Origin: Candidatus Sericytochromatia bacterium | Lineage (GTDB): Bacteria > Cyanobacteriota > Sericytochromatia > UBA7694 | NCBI GenBank assembly: GCA_964229355.1 | Contig: CAXRDE010000005.1 | Location: forward strand, 229,131 to 293,130 | DNA: 64,000 nucleotides | Reading direction: 5' to 3' | Shown here: piece by piece, positions 57,119 through 64,000 of the stretch | Position numbering within the stretch: position 1 is the stretch's first letter | How the letters are laid out: each line of letters starts with the position of its first letter | Notes under the pieces: model-generated | What the model saw: only the letters and a program-made list of their open reading frames with translations | The model's database searches: none | What the model was told of the DNA's origin: nothing | Translations under genes and position numbers: made by a program

Positions 57119-59069
57119 AGCAGAGTTGAAAGTGATTGGCAACGCTGCGTTTACACCGCCTGGGGAAGAAGTGACCTTACAGGCGACTTTTCCGGCCTGT
57201 TCAGAAGGCCATGTAACCTTAGAAGGCGCAACGCAAAGCCTATTTGAAGAGGCTGAGCCTGAGACGTGCAGTTTACGCATCTTAGAAACACCCGGTGTAG
57301 GCGCACAGCAGACCCTTAACTTTGTTTGGAATGGCATGTGTGAAGACGTAATCAGTCGTGATCTTTGGACTGCAGATTTATGGGTGGATGAGGAGATTAA
57401 AGACTCCCAAACCTTAGATCTTTTGGGTGATTCACCATCCTGTGAAGAAACGCCTTTGACGCCCGAAGACCTCAATGAAATGCTTTCGTTGATCAATCAG
57501 CTTTCGTTGTTTTCAAACTCGGGCTTTGGTATTCAGTCTGTGGATGTGGCTTCAGGAGATGCCTTAAAAACCTTTGTACAACAAAAATCCAAAATGGAAA
57601 AGGCCTATACTCAACTGGCCGAATTGGGATACCCAGTCGCACAAATTCAAGAAACCAGCACCCAAGACGGTTTGCCTGCTGCAAGCTCTTTCCCCCAGGC
57701 CAAGTCAATAGAACGTCAACTCAATGCTTATTTTGAAGCCAAAGCTCAGCGCGATATTGCCAGGGCTCAGTACAAAAGCTTTTTAAACACTCTTGAGACT
57801 GAAATAGTAGCTTTAAAAACGTACTCTCAGTCTTTCTTTGGAATCCCGTTTGAAGATTACGCTGGTGAGCAAAGAAATCCCTCAATTTTGTTTTATAAAG
57901 ACCTGGTGGACGACGCCGTTGCAGATACACAGCTCTTTTTGTCTGAAAAAACAGTCCCCGATTTATTGCTTGCGATGCAAACCTACACCAATTTGTTGAG
58001 CATTTTTTATGAGTTGTCTCACCAGTATCTTGAGGGTGAAGTGAGTGCACTAGAGGGAGTCGATGCATACGAATATGAGAAGTTAAATCCCGAAAAGTTA
58101 AATACACCTCACCAGTTGATCAAATATGTTCAACGCACATTGCAAAACCTCAATGAAAAAATCAACAGCCGTCATCAGGCCCTAGACGAAGAGCTAGGTC
58201 AGTTATTCGCAGAAGCTGAGGAAATTTCCAATACCTTGGATCAGCTTGAGGCAGAAGCTGAAGCCATTGATCAAAGCGATGCTGAGCTCTTGGCAGAATG
58301 GGAAGCGTTTCTAAACGAAGAAGCGCAAGAAGAGAGCGATGGTGGTTTTTCGGTCCAGTCAGACATTGAGAACCCTATTCCTGATGCGGGACTACCCAAT
58401 GGGTATTACGGCCGTGGGAACACACCCGGCTCCACCACAAACTACGCACGTCAGTATTATAGTAAATCTGGTAAGCCGGTACGCCCTGAAAAAATACAGC
58501 GTGTTCAGCTGAATCAATCCCGCTCTACTAACATGGTAAATTATCGCCAGGGCGTGTTAGCAAACCAAAGAGCAAATCTCAGTCGTGTCAACACACAAAT
58601 TCGCCGGTACGAAAGAGGCATTGAACAAGCTAAAAAAACTGGAAATAGCCAGTTGCAACAGCGACTTGAGTTGGCTAAACGACGCGCTGAAGGGCAACGT
58701 AAAAAGTTTGAAGATAATGTTCGGCGCAATGAGGATCTTTTACAAAAAGCAAAAACGGAACAAGGAAGAGCTCGTAAAAGTTCCAATCAATCAGACAGAA
58801 AAATACAATGTACAAAGGTGCCAGCAGCTTATTATCGAAATGTGCCGAGACCATTGAGAGGTGAAGACGGCTATGTAAATTTGGACAAATTTACTCAAAA
58901 ACAAAACATAGGGGCAGAAACAAGATTTGTTGACCCAAAATCAGGATACTACTTGGGTAAAGATCGAGCGGGTGGAAATAGTCATAATGGAAGTAAGTGG
59001 AAGCTTAAGTCTCCTTCGGGAAAGCGCTTGGGAACACTAACTCCAGAAGGGAAATATCTTAGAGAGTAG
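57096..59069 (+). CDS. Orphan-module-like ORF (GTG at 57096 in the track; frame open from 57033 with no upstream start or signal peptide). It has an Ig-like domain, a coiled-coil and a basic C-terminal domain.
   Basis: It shares a frame with 56217..57032, separated only by a TAG. The N-terminal 33 aa are nearly identical to residues ~352-384 of the upstream lipoprotein. The C-terminus is ...GKDRAGGNSHNGSKWKLKSPSGKRLG. Confidence 0.5.
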   Translation: MTVEVKNKAELKVIGNAAFTPPGEEVTLQATFPACSEGHVTLEGATQSLFEEAEPETCSLRILETPGVGAQQTLNFVWNGMCEDVISRDLWTADLWVDEEIKDSQTLDLLGDSPSCEETPLTPEDLNEMLSLINQLSLFSNSGFGIQSVDVASGDALKTFVQQKSKMEKAYTQLAELGYPVAQIQETSTQDGLPAASSFPQAKSIERQLNAYFEAKAQRDIARAQYKSFLNTLETEIVALKTYSQSFFGIPFEDYAGEQRNPSILFYKDLVDDAVADTQLFLSEKTVPDLLLAMQTYTNLLSIFYELSHQYLEGEVSALEGVDAYEYEKLNPEKLNTPHQLIKYVQRTLQNLNEKINSRHQALDEELGQLFAEAEEISNTLDQLEAEAEAIDQSDAELLAEWEAFLNEEAQEESDGGFSVQSDIENPIPDAGLPNGYYGRGNTPGSTTNYARQYYSKSGKPVRPEKIQRVQLNQSRSTNMVNYRQGVLANQRANLSRVNTQIRRYERGIEQAKKTGNSQLQQRLELAKRRAEGQRKKFEDNVRRNEDLLQKAKTEQGRARKSSNQSDRKIQCTKVPAAYYRNVPRPLRGEDGYVNLDKFTQKQNIGAETRFVDPKSGYYLGKDRAGGNSHNGSKWKLKSPSGKRLGTLTPEGKYLRE

Positions 59070-59075
59070 TTATGT

Positions 59076-59558
59076 ATGTGGCCAGACAAACATTTTTTAG
59101 CGAGTATAACTAGTTTAGGTATTGACGATTTTTTGGAAACTTTGCAAAAGCAACGTGTTTCCCAACTGTTTTTTAGTTATCATCCAAGAATTCTTACCGA
59201 GGAGGAGTCACAAAATACCAAAATGTTTTATGGGGAGTTTTTAGGTACCTCAGAGCTATCTTTATACTATGTTTTTGAGCACAAGATGATAAAAGCACTT
59301 GGTACTTTACATTATCAATCTCCAATTTTCTGGTTTGAACAAGAACGCCTTCAGCTTGAAACTGAGAACTCGTTGAGACAACATATACAACTTGGATTAC
59401 GAGATGAGGCATTGGGGCTATTCTTTGTACCTGACAAAAAAATTTTAATGGTAACGGGCTATGACTTAACATGGATGGCATACTTTTTTTCCCCTGAAAA
59501 CAATAATTTTTTCACGGACATCCTTAAAAATAATGCTATTAACTATTGGCATGTTTAG
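59076..59558 (+). CDS. Small hypothetical cytoplasmic protein, AT-rich; candidate immunity protein.
   Basis: It is a 160-aa ORF starting 7 bp after the stop of 57096..59069. Confidence 0.45.
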   Translation: MWPDKHFLASITSLGIDDFLETLQKQRVSQLFFSYHPRILTEEESQNTKMFYGEFLGTSELSLYYVFEHKMIKALGTLHYQSPIFWFEQERLQLETENSLRQHIQLGLRDEALGLFFVPDKKILMVTGYDLTWMAYFFSPENNNFFTDILKNNAINYWHV

Positions 59559-59747
59559 GTCTTGTGAACAGAATCATTTGAGCAAATATTGAGCGACCAT
59601 TAAAAGCACCACAAAAACAATGATGGAAAATGTCTTTGGGTTTCTTTAGACTCTTAGATTTATGAAACCCGAAGAACAAACTTTTTGGGGTTCTGAATGT
59701 CGCCCAACACCGATTAACATAAATATAAAAGAGCTAAAGTAAAAACA

Positions 59748-60185
59748 ATGGATGACTTATATTCTGAAATCATTTATGAAAAAGATGAAATTGAGGTGTT
59801 CTGCGGCTATTTTTTAACGGGCAACAACTTTGACCTGAACACACTTACCAACCTTTCTGGGGTTGAACCCACATACAGTTATAAAAAAGGCGAACAAACA
59901 AAGGGAGGAGTCCGTTATCAAGAGGACTGTTGGGGAGTGAGTTCACGTGGGCAAATTACTTCAAATAAACTCAGTGATCATCTTGAGTATGTACTAAGCC
60001 GAGCATTTATCGTACAAGAGAAAGTAATGGACTATATTGAGTCAGAATCGATTACCGTCACTTTTGAGGTAATTTTTGAGGGTGATGTCTCTGGAACAGG
60101 TCCGATTATTCCCAATTTTTGGCTCTTAAAAATAGCGCAGCTAAAACACGTCGATTTATGTTTTGAAATTTATAATTACGGTTAA
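59748..60185 (+). CDS. Small hypothetical cytoplasmic protein, AT-rich.
   Basis: It is a 145-aa ORF. Confidence 0.4.
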   Translation: MDDLYSEIIYEKDEIEVFCGYFLTGNNFDLNTLTNLSGVEPTYSYKKGEQTKGGVRYQEDCWGVSSRGQITSNKLSDHLEYVLSRAFIVQEKVMDYIESESITVTFEVIFEGDVSGTGPIIPNFWLLKIAQLKHVDLCFEIYNYG

Positions 60186-60267
60186 AAGCTTTTCTCATGT
60201 TAAACGTCAATTATTTATTCAGGAGGTGCAACAGCACAAGGCACTCTGGGGATACTCGCCCCTTTGA
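60145..60267 (+). pseudogene. Remnant of the 3' end of a paralog of the 56217..57032 gene. It encodes ...LFIQEVQQHKALWGYSPL*, compared with ...LFVKEVQQHQAVWGY* in that gene.
   Basis: The open stretch is about 40 codons with no start codon. The DNA is about 80% identical to the 57001-57032 region. Confidence 0.45.
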
Positions 60268-60656
60268 TTGGGCGTGTAAAATTAGCGGTTATGTTAGAAG
60301 AAGCGGAAGCATTAATTCAATCCAGGGCTGAAATCCATAAAGGAGATAGTGCAGATTACCTTACCATAGAGTCAGCTTTGGCTGTCCTTGAACTTTTTAT
60401 CGCTGATGGTGAAATCGGCGTGCTAGGCATCGACTGTTTTTACATCACTCCAGAGAGGACACTCGCACTTTTAGATATGACGTTGGATCTTTCACGAGAT
60501 TTCCCACGGAAGAGCAAAGATTACATGGATCTAAGCAAAACGGAGTGGTTTAAACTTCTTAATCTTTCAGCACAAAACTTTTTACGTTTTCTAAAGGATA
60601 ATGATGATATTTCAAAAAAAGATTTTTATGTGGAAATAATTTTCACTGACGCCTAA
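60264..60656 (+). CDS. Small hypothetical cytoplasmic protein, AT-rich.
   Basis: It is a 130-aa ORF in the track, with a TTG start. The likely ATG lies at about 60291. Confidence 0.4.
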   Translation: MIGRVKLAVMLEEAEALIQSRAEIHKGDSADYLTIESALAVLELFIADGEIGVLGIDCFYITPERTLALLDMTLDLSRDFPRKSKDYMDLSKTEWFKLLNLSAQNFLRFLKDNDDISKKDFYVEIIFTDA

Positions 60657-60715
60657 ACCTCAATCATCGTCAAACCGCGAAACCAACGCCATACCCATAA
60701 ATTAAGGTAAATCAT

Positions 60716-61228
60716 ATGATTATTGCACTCGATTTAAAACAAGTCTCTCACCACAAGATAGAGCAAGAGTTGGATGAGAAAGGGCTTATACTTACTTATC
60801 TTGCACTGAGCCTTGGTAATGATTATTGCATTATAGACATTGTTTCATCAACGGATTATTCTGATGTATTAGAGAATTTATGGGTAGAGAGTGAGCGTGA
60901 AGGATATTCTAATGCACTCTCACGCATCCAAACTGCCTTACAATACCCGCCATCGATAGCATTGGCTTTTTGCAGGGCAGAGGTCACACCATCTTCAAAT
61001 CTAAGCTTATCTCGATTTGTACAAGCGTTTGCAAAAGATGTCACCGAGCAACTCGATAATGTAGAAAAAGATGGTTTTCATTTACGGAAAGTGATTCAGA
61101 GTGATGACTTTGAACTTCGTTTACATGAGTATTACTGGGTTAAAGTTGTGAATCATGAGAAATGTCTATGGGTATCTCTAGACTATCAACTCTATGAAAC
61201 CTCTCGACACAACTTTCTTGGACTATAG
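60716..61228 (+). CDS. Small hypothetical cytoplasmic protein, AT-rich.
   Basis: It is a 170-aa ORF. Confidence 0.4.
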   Translation: MIIALDLKQVSHHKIEQELDEKGLILTYLALSLGNDYCIIDIVSSTDYSDVLENLWVESEREGYSNALSRIQTALQYPPSIALAFCRAEVTPSSNLSLSRFVQAFAKDVTEQLDNVEKDGFHLRKVIQSDDFELRLHEYYWVKVVNHEKCLWVSLDYQLYETSRHNFLGL

Positions 61229-61301
61229 AGGCAGCAAGATGAATATGAAAGGTTTTTCCAGAGGCAAACATGTTTCTTGAACGCTTAGGAGCACGAAAAA
61301 A

Positions 61302-61676
61302 TTGACAGAAGCAGAAATTAGGCAAAAGATAGAAGCAGGGCTCATGACGGTAACTATTGAAGATTTTTATGCTTATGCAGAAGCTCTCAATGTGGATGTA
61401 AATCAGGGATTTGACAATTTGGCACTTTTGTATGCCAGTGCGTTTATGAGAGGAGAAATTTCCTATGAAGATGCAGACGACATTTTAAATACAATCTGGT
61501 GGTTTATGTGTCGTTCTAAGGCAGAAGGTTTTGCTAACCTTGCCTATTCCATCTACGAAGCTTTTGACGCAGGGGAGTTTTCTCGCAAAGAAGGTGAAGA
61601 TCCCGTCCAAACCTATACCATTCCCATGTTACAAGAGATATTTAACGCTTTGGACTTTACTCACGGATCACAATGA
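61302..61676 (+). CDS. Small hypothetical acidic protein, AT-rich.
   Basis: It is a 124-aa ORF. Confidence 0.4.
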   Translation: MTEAEIRQKIEAGLMTVTIEDFYAYAEALNVDVNQGFDNLALLYASAFMRGEISYEDADDILNTIWWFMCRSKAEGFANLAYSIYEAFDAGEFSRKEGEDPVQTYTIPMLQEIFNALDFTHGSQ

Positions 61677-62070
61677 GGATCTCTTATATATTCTGCTCTT
61701 AGTGGCTTCTCTTCTAACTTTTTCACATGTACAATGTCAGGCTCACTTTCGGTCACCACTTCAACAAAGGTCATACCTGTGATAATTCGCCATGCATAAA
61801 TGGCGTTTCCCATCCGGCTATTTCCACCTCATCTTTTTTCATACTTCTTTATCCTTCAAAAGATATACTGCGTGAAATGCAGCGGCCCATGCAATAAGGT
61901 ATACAAGAGAGACAGGTAGCCGTAAGTCGTCGGCTATGCTGTCATTTAAAATAGCTTAACATCCAAACACGATGAATCCTGAAAAAAAGATTTTGGTGCA
62001 GCATGACAGAAGAACAACTCAAAGATAAATTTTGCAATGCCCAAGGCACAAGCCGAGTTCGGAGGTAGAC

Positions 62071-62523
62071 ATGCCCCAATACGTTTACCGTCTTTATCAC
62101 TGGCGCGATGAGGACAATGATGAAACCTACAAAGAGATTGGCCATTATTCAAGCCGAGAAAAGGCCGCTCAGGTAATTGAAAAGTACAAAACCCTCCCAG
62201 GTTTTTATGCTTACCCGGATTGCTTCACGATCGATAAAGTGGAGATCGATCGTGACTTCTGGACAGAAGGGTTTAACGTTTATCTGGTACAGGTTCCTCT
62301 CAAAGGCAAAAGTGGCTATGCGACTGTGCGTGCACGGGGGGAGTTTATGATGGCTTTTCAGGAACTCTGGTATGGCTTGTTTGAGGTGATCAGCAACCAC
62401 AAAGAAGAAGACTTGCTCTATCCCCTGGACGCGGTGGTCAAAGCCACAGATACAAAACCGCTACAGGCCATTGAAATGATGTCTGAAGACTTTGAGAGCT
62501 TTTTAAACAAGTACAATCTTTAG
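62071..62523 (+). CDS. Hypothetical protein. The start was chosen at the Met that has a GGAGG Shine-Dalgarno; the ORF is open from 62032.
   Basis: The sequence reads ggaggtagacATG. It is about 150 aa. Confidence 0.45.
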   Translation: MPQYVYRLYHWRDEDNDETYKEIGHYSSREKAAQVIEKYKTLPGFYAYPDCFTIDKVEIDRDFWTEGFNVYLVQVPLKGKSGYATVRARGEFMMAFQELWYGLFEVISNHKEEDLLYPLDAVVKATDTKPLQAIEMMSEDFESFLNKYNL

Positions 62524-62586
62524 GTGCCTCTCCGCCGAGCGGCCTTAAACCGGTGCTATAATTGGCGAAAAACATGGAGCCTTGCC

Positions 62587-62934
62587 GTGAACCCTAGCCC
62601 TTCTGACATCACCCTCAAAGACGCCCAGGCGCAGGTAGATACCTGGATCAAAACCCTGGGGGTTCGCTATTTTTCGGAGTTGACCAATTTGGCCCAGCTC
62701 GTCGAAGAAGTGGGCGAACTGGCGCGGATTTTATCGCGTACCTATGGCGAACAGAGCTTTAAGGCGGGCGAAAGCGGCGAGCACCTGGCAGATGAAATGG
62801 CGGACGTGCTCTTTGTGCTGATCTGCCTGGCCAATCAGACAGGTGTGGATCTCACCGCAGCGCTCCAGGCCAATCTGGCTAAAAAAACAAAACGGGATGC
62901 CACCCGTCATCTGGAGAACCCCAAACTGCAATGA
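62587..62934 (+). CDS. MazG-like nucleotide pyrophosphohydrolase domain protein (a GTG start is proposed; the ORF is open from 62524).
   Basis: The MazG motifs are EEVGELARIL and EHLADEMADVLFVLICLAN. Confidence 0.6.
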   Translation: MNPSPSDITLKDAQAQVDTWIKTLGVRYFSELTNLAQLVEEVGELARILSRTYGEQSFKAGESGEHLADEMADVLFVLICLANQTGVDLTAALQANLAKKTKRDATRHLENPKLQ

Positions 62935-63806
62935 GCCCCTCTCTTTTTTCTTCACTGGTCTACCGTTTGAGCTTAAGCTGTCTGAGTTTAGGCTTACTTA
63001 GCGCCTGCCCCGCAAACCAAAGCGCCGACAATGAAACCACGCCGCCTAAAGCCCAACAGGCCGCGGGCGATCTGGTGGAAAGCTTCTGGAAAGCCCCTGC
63101 CGCTTATCCCACCGACGCCACCCGGGCTGAACAGGTCAAATATGGCGAGGCCCTGGTACAAAAGACCCACGCCTACCTGAGTCCTGCGGCACCGGATCCC
63201 GCCCTGCGGGTGGCGGGCAACCACCTGGCCTGCAAAAACTGCCACCTCGACAACGGCAAGGCCGCTCATGCCGTGGGTTTTATTGGTATTGATCGGCGCT
63301 ATCCCGCGTATTATGCGCCACAAGATCGTGAAGTCACCCTGGCGGAGCGGATTGAGGCCTGCTTTCAGGGCAGTCTTAATGGCCAAAAACCACTGCCCGC
63401 CAAAGAACGCGAGGCCCTGACCGCCTACCTCACCTGGCTGGGCGAAGATGTGCCCATGACTGCCCCACTGCCGCTGCCGGAGTCGGGATTACCTGAGCTG
63501 CAAACCGACAGCACCACCGGCAACGGCGACGTGGAGGCGGGCAAACCGCTGTATGAATACCACTGTGCCGCCTGCCACGGTAAAACGGGCCTGGGACTGG
63601 CCGCAGACCCCAAGGATTTATCCAAAGGCTATACCTTCCCACCGCTGTGGGGGCCTGACAGCCACAGTCAGCGTTCAAGCCTGGCCAACACGCAGACTGC
63701 CGCCCGCTACATTCACAAGAACATGCCCCTGGGTCGTGCGGTCTTGACCACTTCTCAGGCCTTAGATATTGCTGCCTATATCAACGCCCAGGAACGCCCG
63801 CAATGA
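62931..63806 (+). CDS. Diheme c-type cytochrome lipoprotein (TsdA / thiosulfate dehydrogenase-like).
   Basis: It has two CXXCH motifs, CKNCH and CAACH, and the lipobox LLSAC. Confidence 0.6.
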   Translation: MSPSLFSSLVYRLSLSCLSLGLLSACPANQSADNETTPPKAQQAAGDLVESFWKAPAAYPTDATRAEQVKYGEALVQKTHAYLSPAAPDPALRVAGNHLACKNCHLDNGKAAHAVGFIGIDRRYPAYYAPQDREVTLAERIEACFQGSLNGQKPLPAKEREALTAYLTWLGEDVPMTAPLPLPESGLPELQTDSTTGNGDVEAGKPLYEYHCAACHGKTGLGLAADPKDLSKGYTFPPLWGPDSHSQRSSLANTQTAARYIHKNMPLGRAVLTTSQALDIAAYINAQERPQ

Positions 63807-64000
63807 GCCCGGAACAGGCCAATTTTTTAGGTTTGCTGGCGGGCACCCTCACCACCATTTCTTTTGTGCCGCAGGTGTGGCACACCTGGAAAACCCGCTC
63901 CGCCAAAGACCTCTCGCTGGGCATGCTGCTGATTTTCACCCTGGGTATTGCCCTCTGGCTCATTTATGGCCTTTGGATGCAGGCCGCGCCCCTGATCGCC
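63802..64000 (+). CDS. Partial CDS for a PQ-loop / SemiSWEET-like small membrane protein (its 3' end lies outside the window).
   Basis: The sequence MSPEQANFLGLLAGTLTTISFVPQVWHTWKTRSAKDLS has the PQ motif. Its ATG overlaps the cytochrome stop (ATGA). Confidence 0.5.

Noticed and set aside
61677-62031. A possible additional small gene in the 350-bp gap after the last island ORF.
   Set aside because: Only frames of 25 codons or fewer are open on either strand. It is more likely decayed non-coding sequence marking the island boundary.
1-64000. CRISPR arrays, tRNA, rRNA, and IS or transposase genes.
   Set aside because: I found no regularly spaced short direct repeats, no GTTCGA-type T-loop or CCA-end cloverleaf candidates in the intergenic regions, and no transposase- or integrase-like ORFs. 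The AT-rich island therefore lacks an obvious mobility gene in this window.

Overview
This is a 64 kb bacterial chromosomal window of roughly 50-55% GC, dense with genes, and with one clearly AT-rich accessory segment near its 3' end. It contains two ribosomal-protein operons: rplM-rpsI and rplK-rplA-rplJ-rplL. The second is followed by tatD with a 1-bp gap instead of rpoBC. A nucleoside-related block carries add, a TerC-family protein and a NupC-type transporter. The menaquinone genes menC and menB sit at separate sites. A histidine-utilisation pair (hutF, hutI) and an orphan nuoG-nuoH-nuoI block are also present. A complete type IV pilus assembly string (pilD, pilM, pilN, pilO, pilP, pilQ/secretin) lies on the minus strand; together with nuoGHI, a C-methyltransferase-like gene, an MlaE-like permease and an Slt70-type lytic transglycosylase it forms a 14 kb co-directional, tightly spaced gene string. 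Elsewhere there is a convergent pair of GspE/PilB-family proteins. One is an apparently active secretion ATPase fused to an N-terminal response-regulator receiver domain. The other carries MshEN-type c-di-GMP-binding motifs but has a degenerate Walker A, Walker B and His box, so it looks like a pseudo-ATPase. The most unusual region is 53.5-62 kb. A large Sec/lipobox surface lipoprotein has an AT-rich C-terminal extension. It is followed by a small secreted ORF and then by an in-frame orphan module that starts directly after a TAG stop, with an 86-bp near-identical direct repeat of an internal segment of the upstream gene. After that comes an array of five small AT-rich cytoplasmic ORFs and a decayed fragment of a paralog. 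This architecture resembles polymorphic-toxin/immunity loci with orphan cassettes (MafB-like, Sec-dependent delivery). That reading is inference only. No rRNA, tRNA or CRISPR array was recognised.
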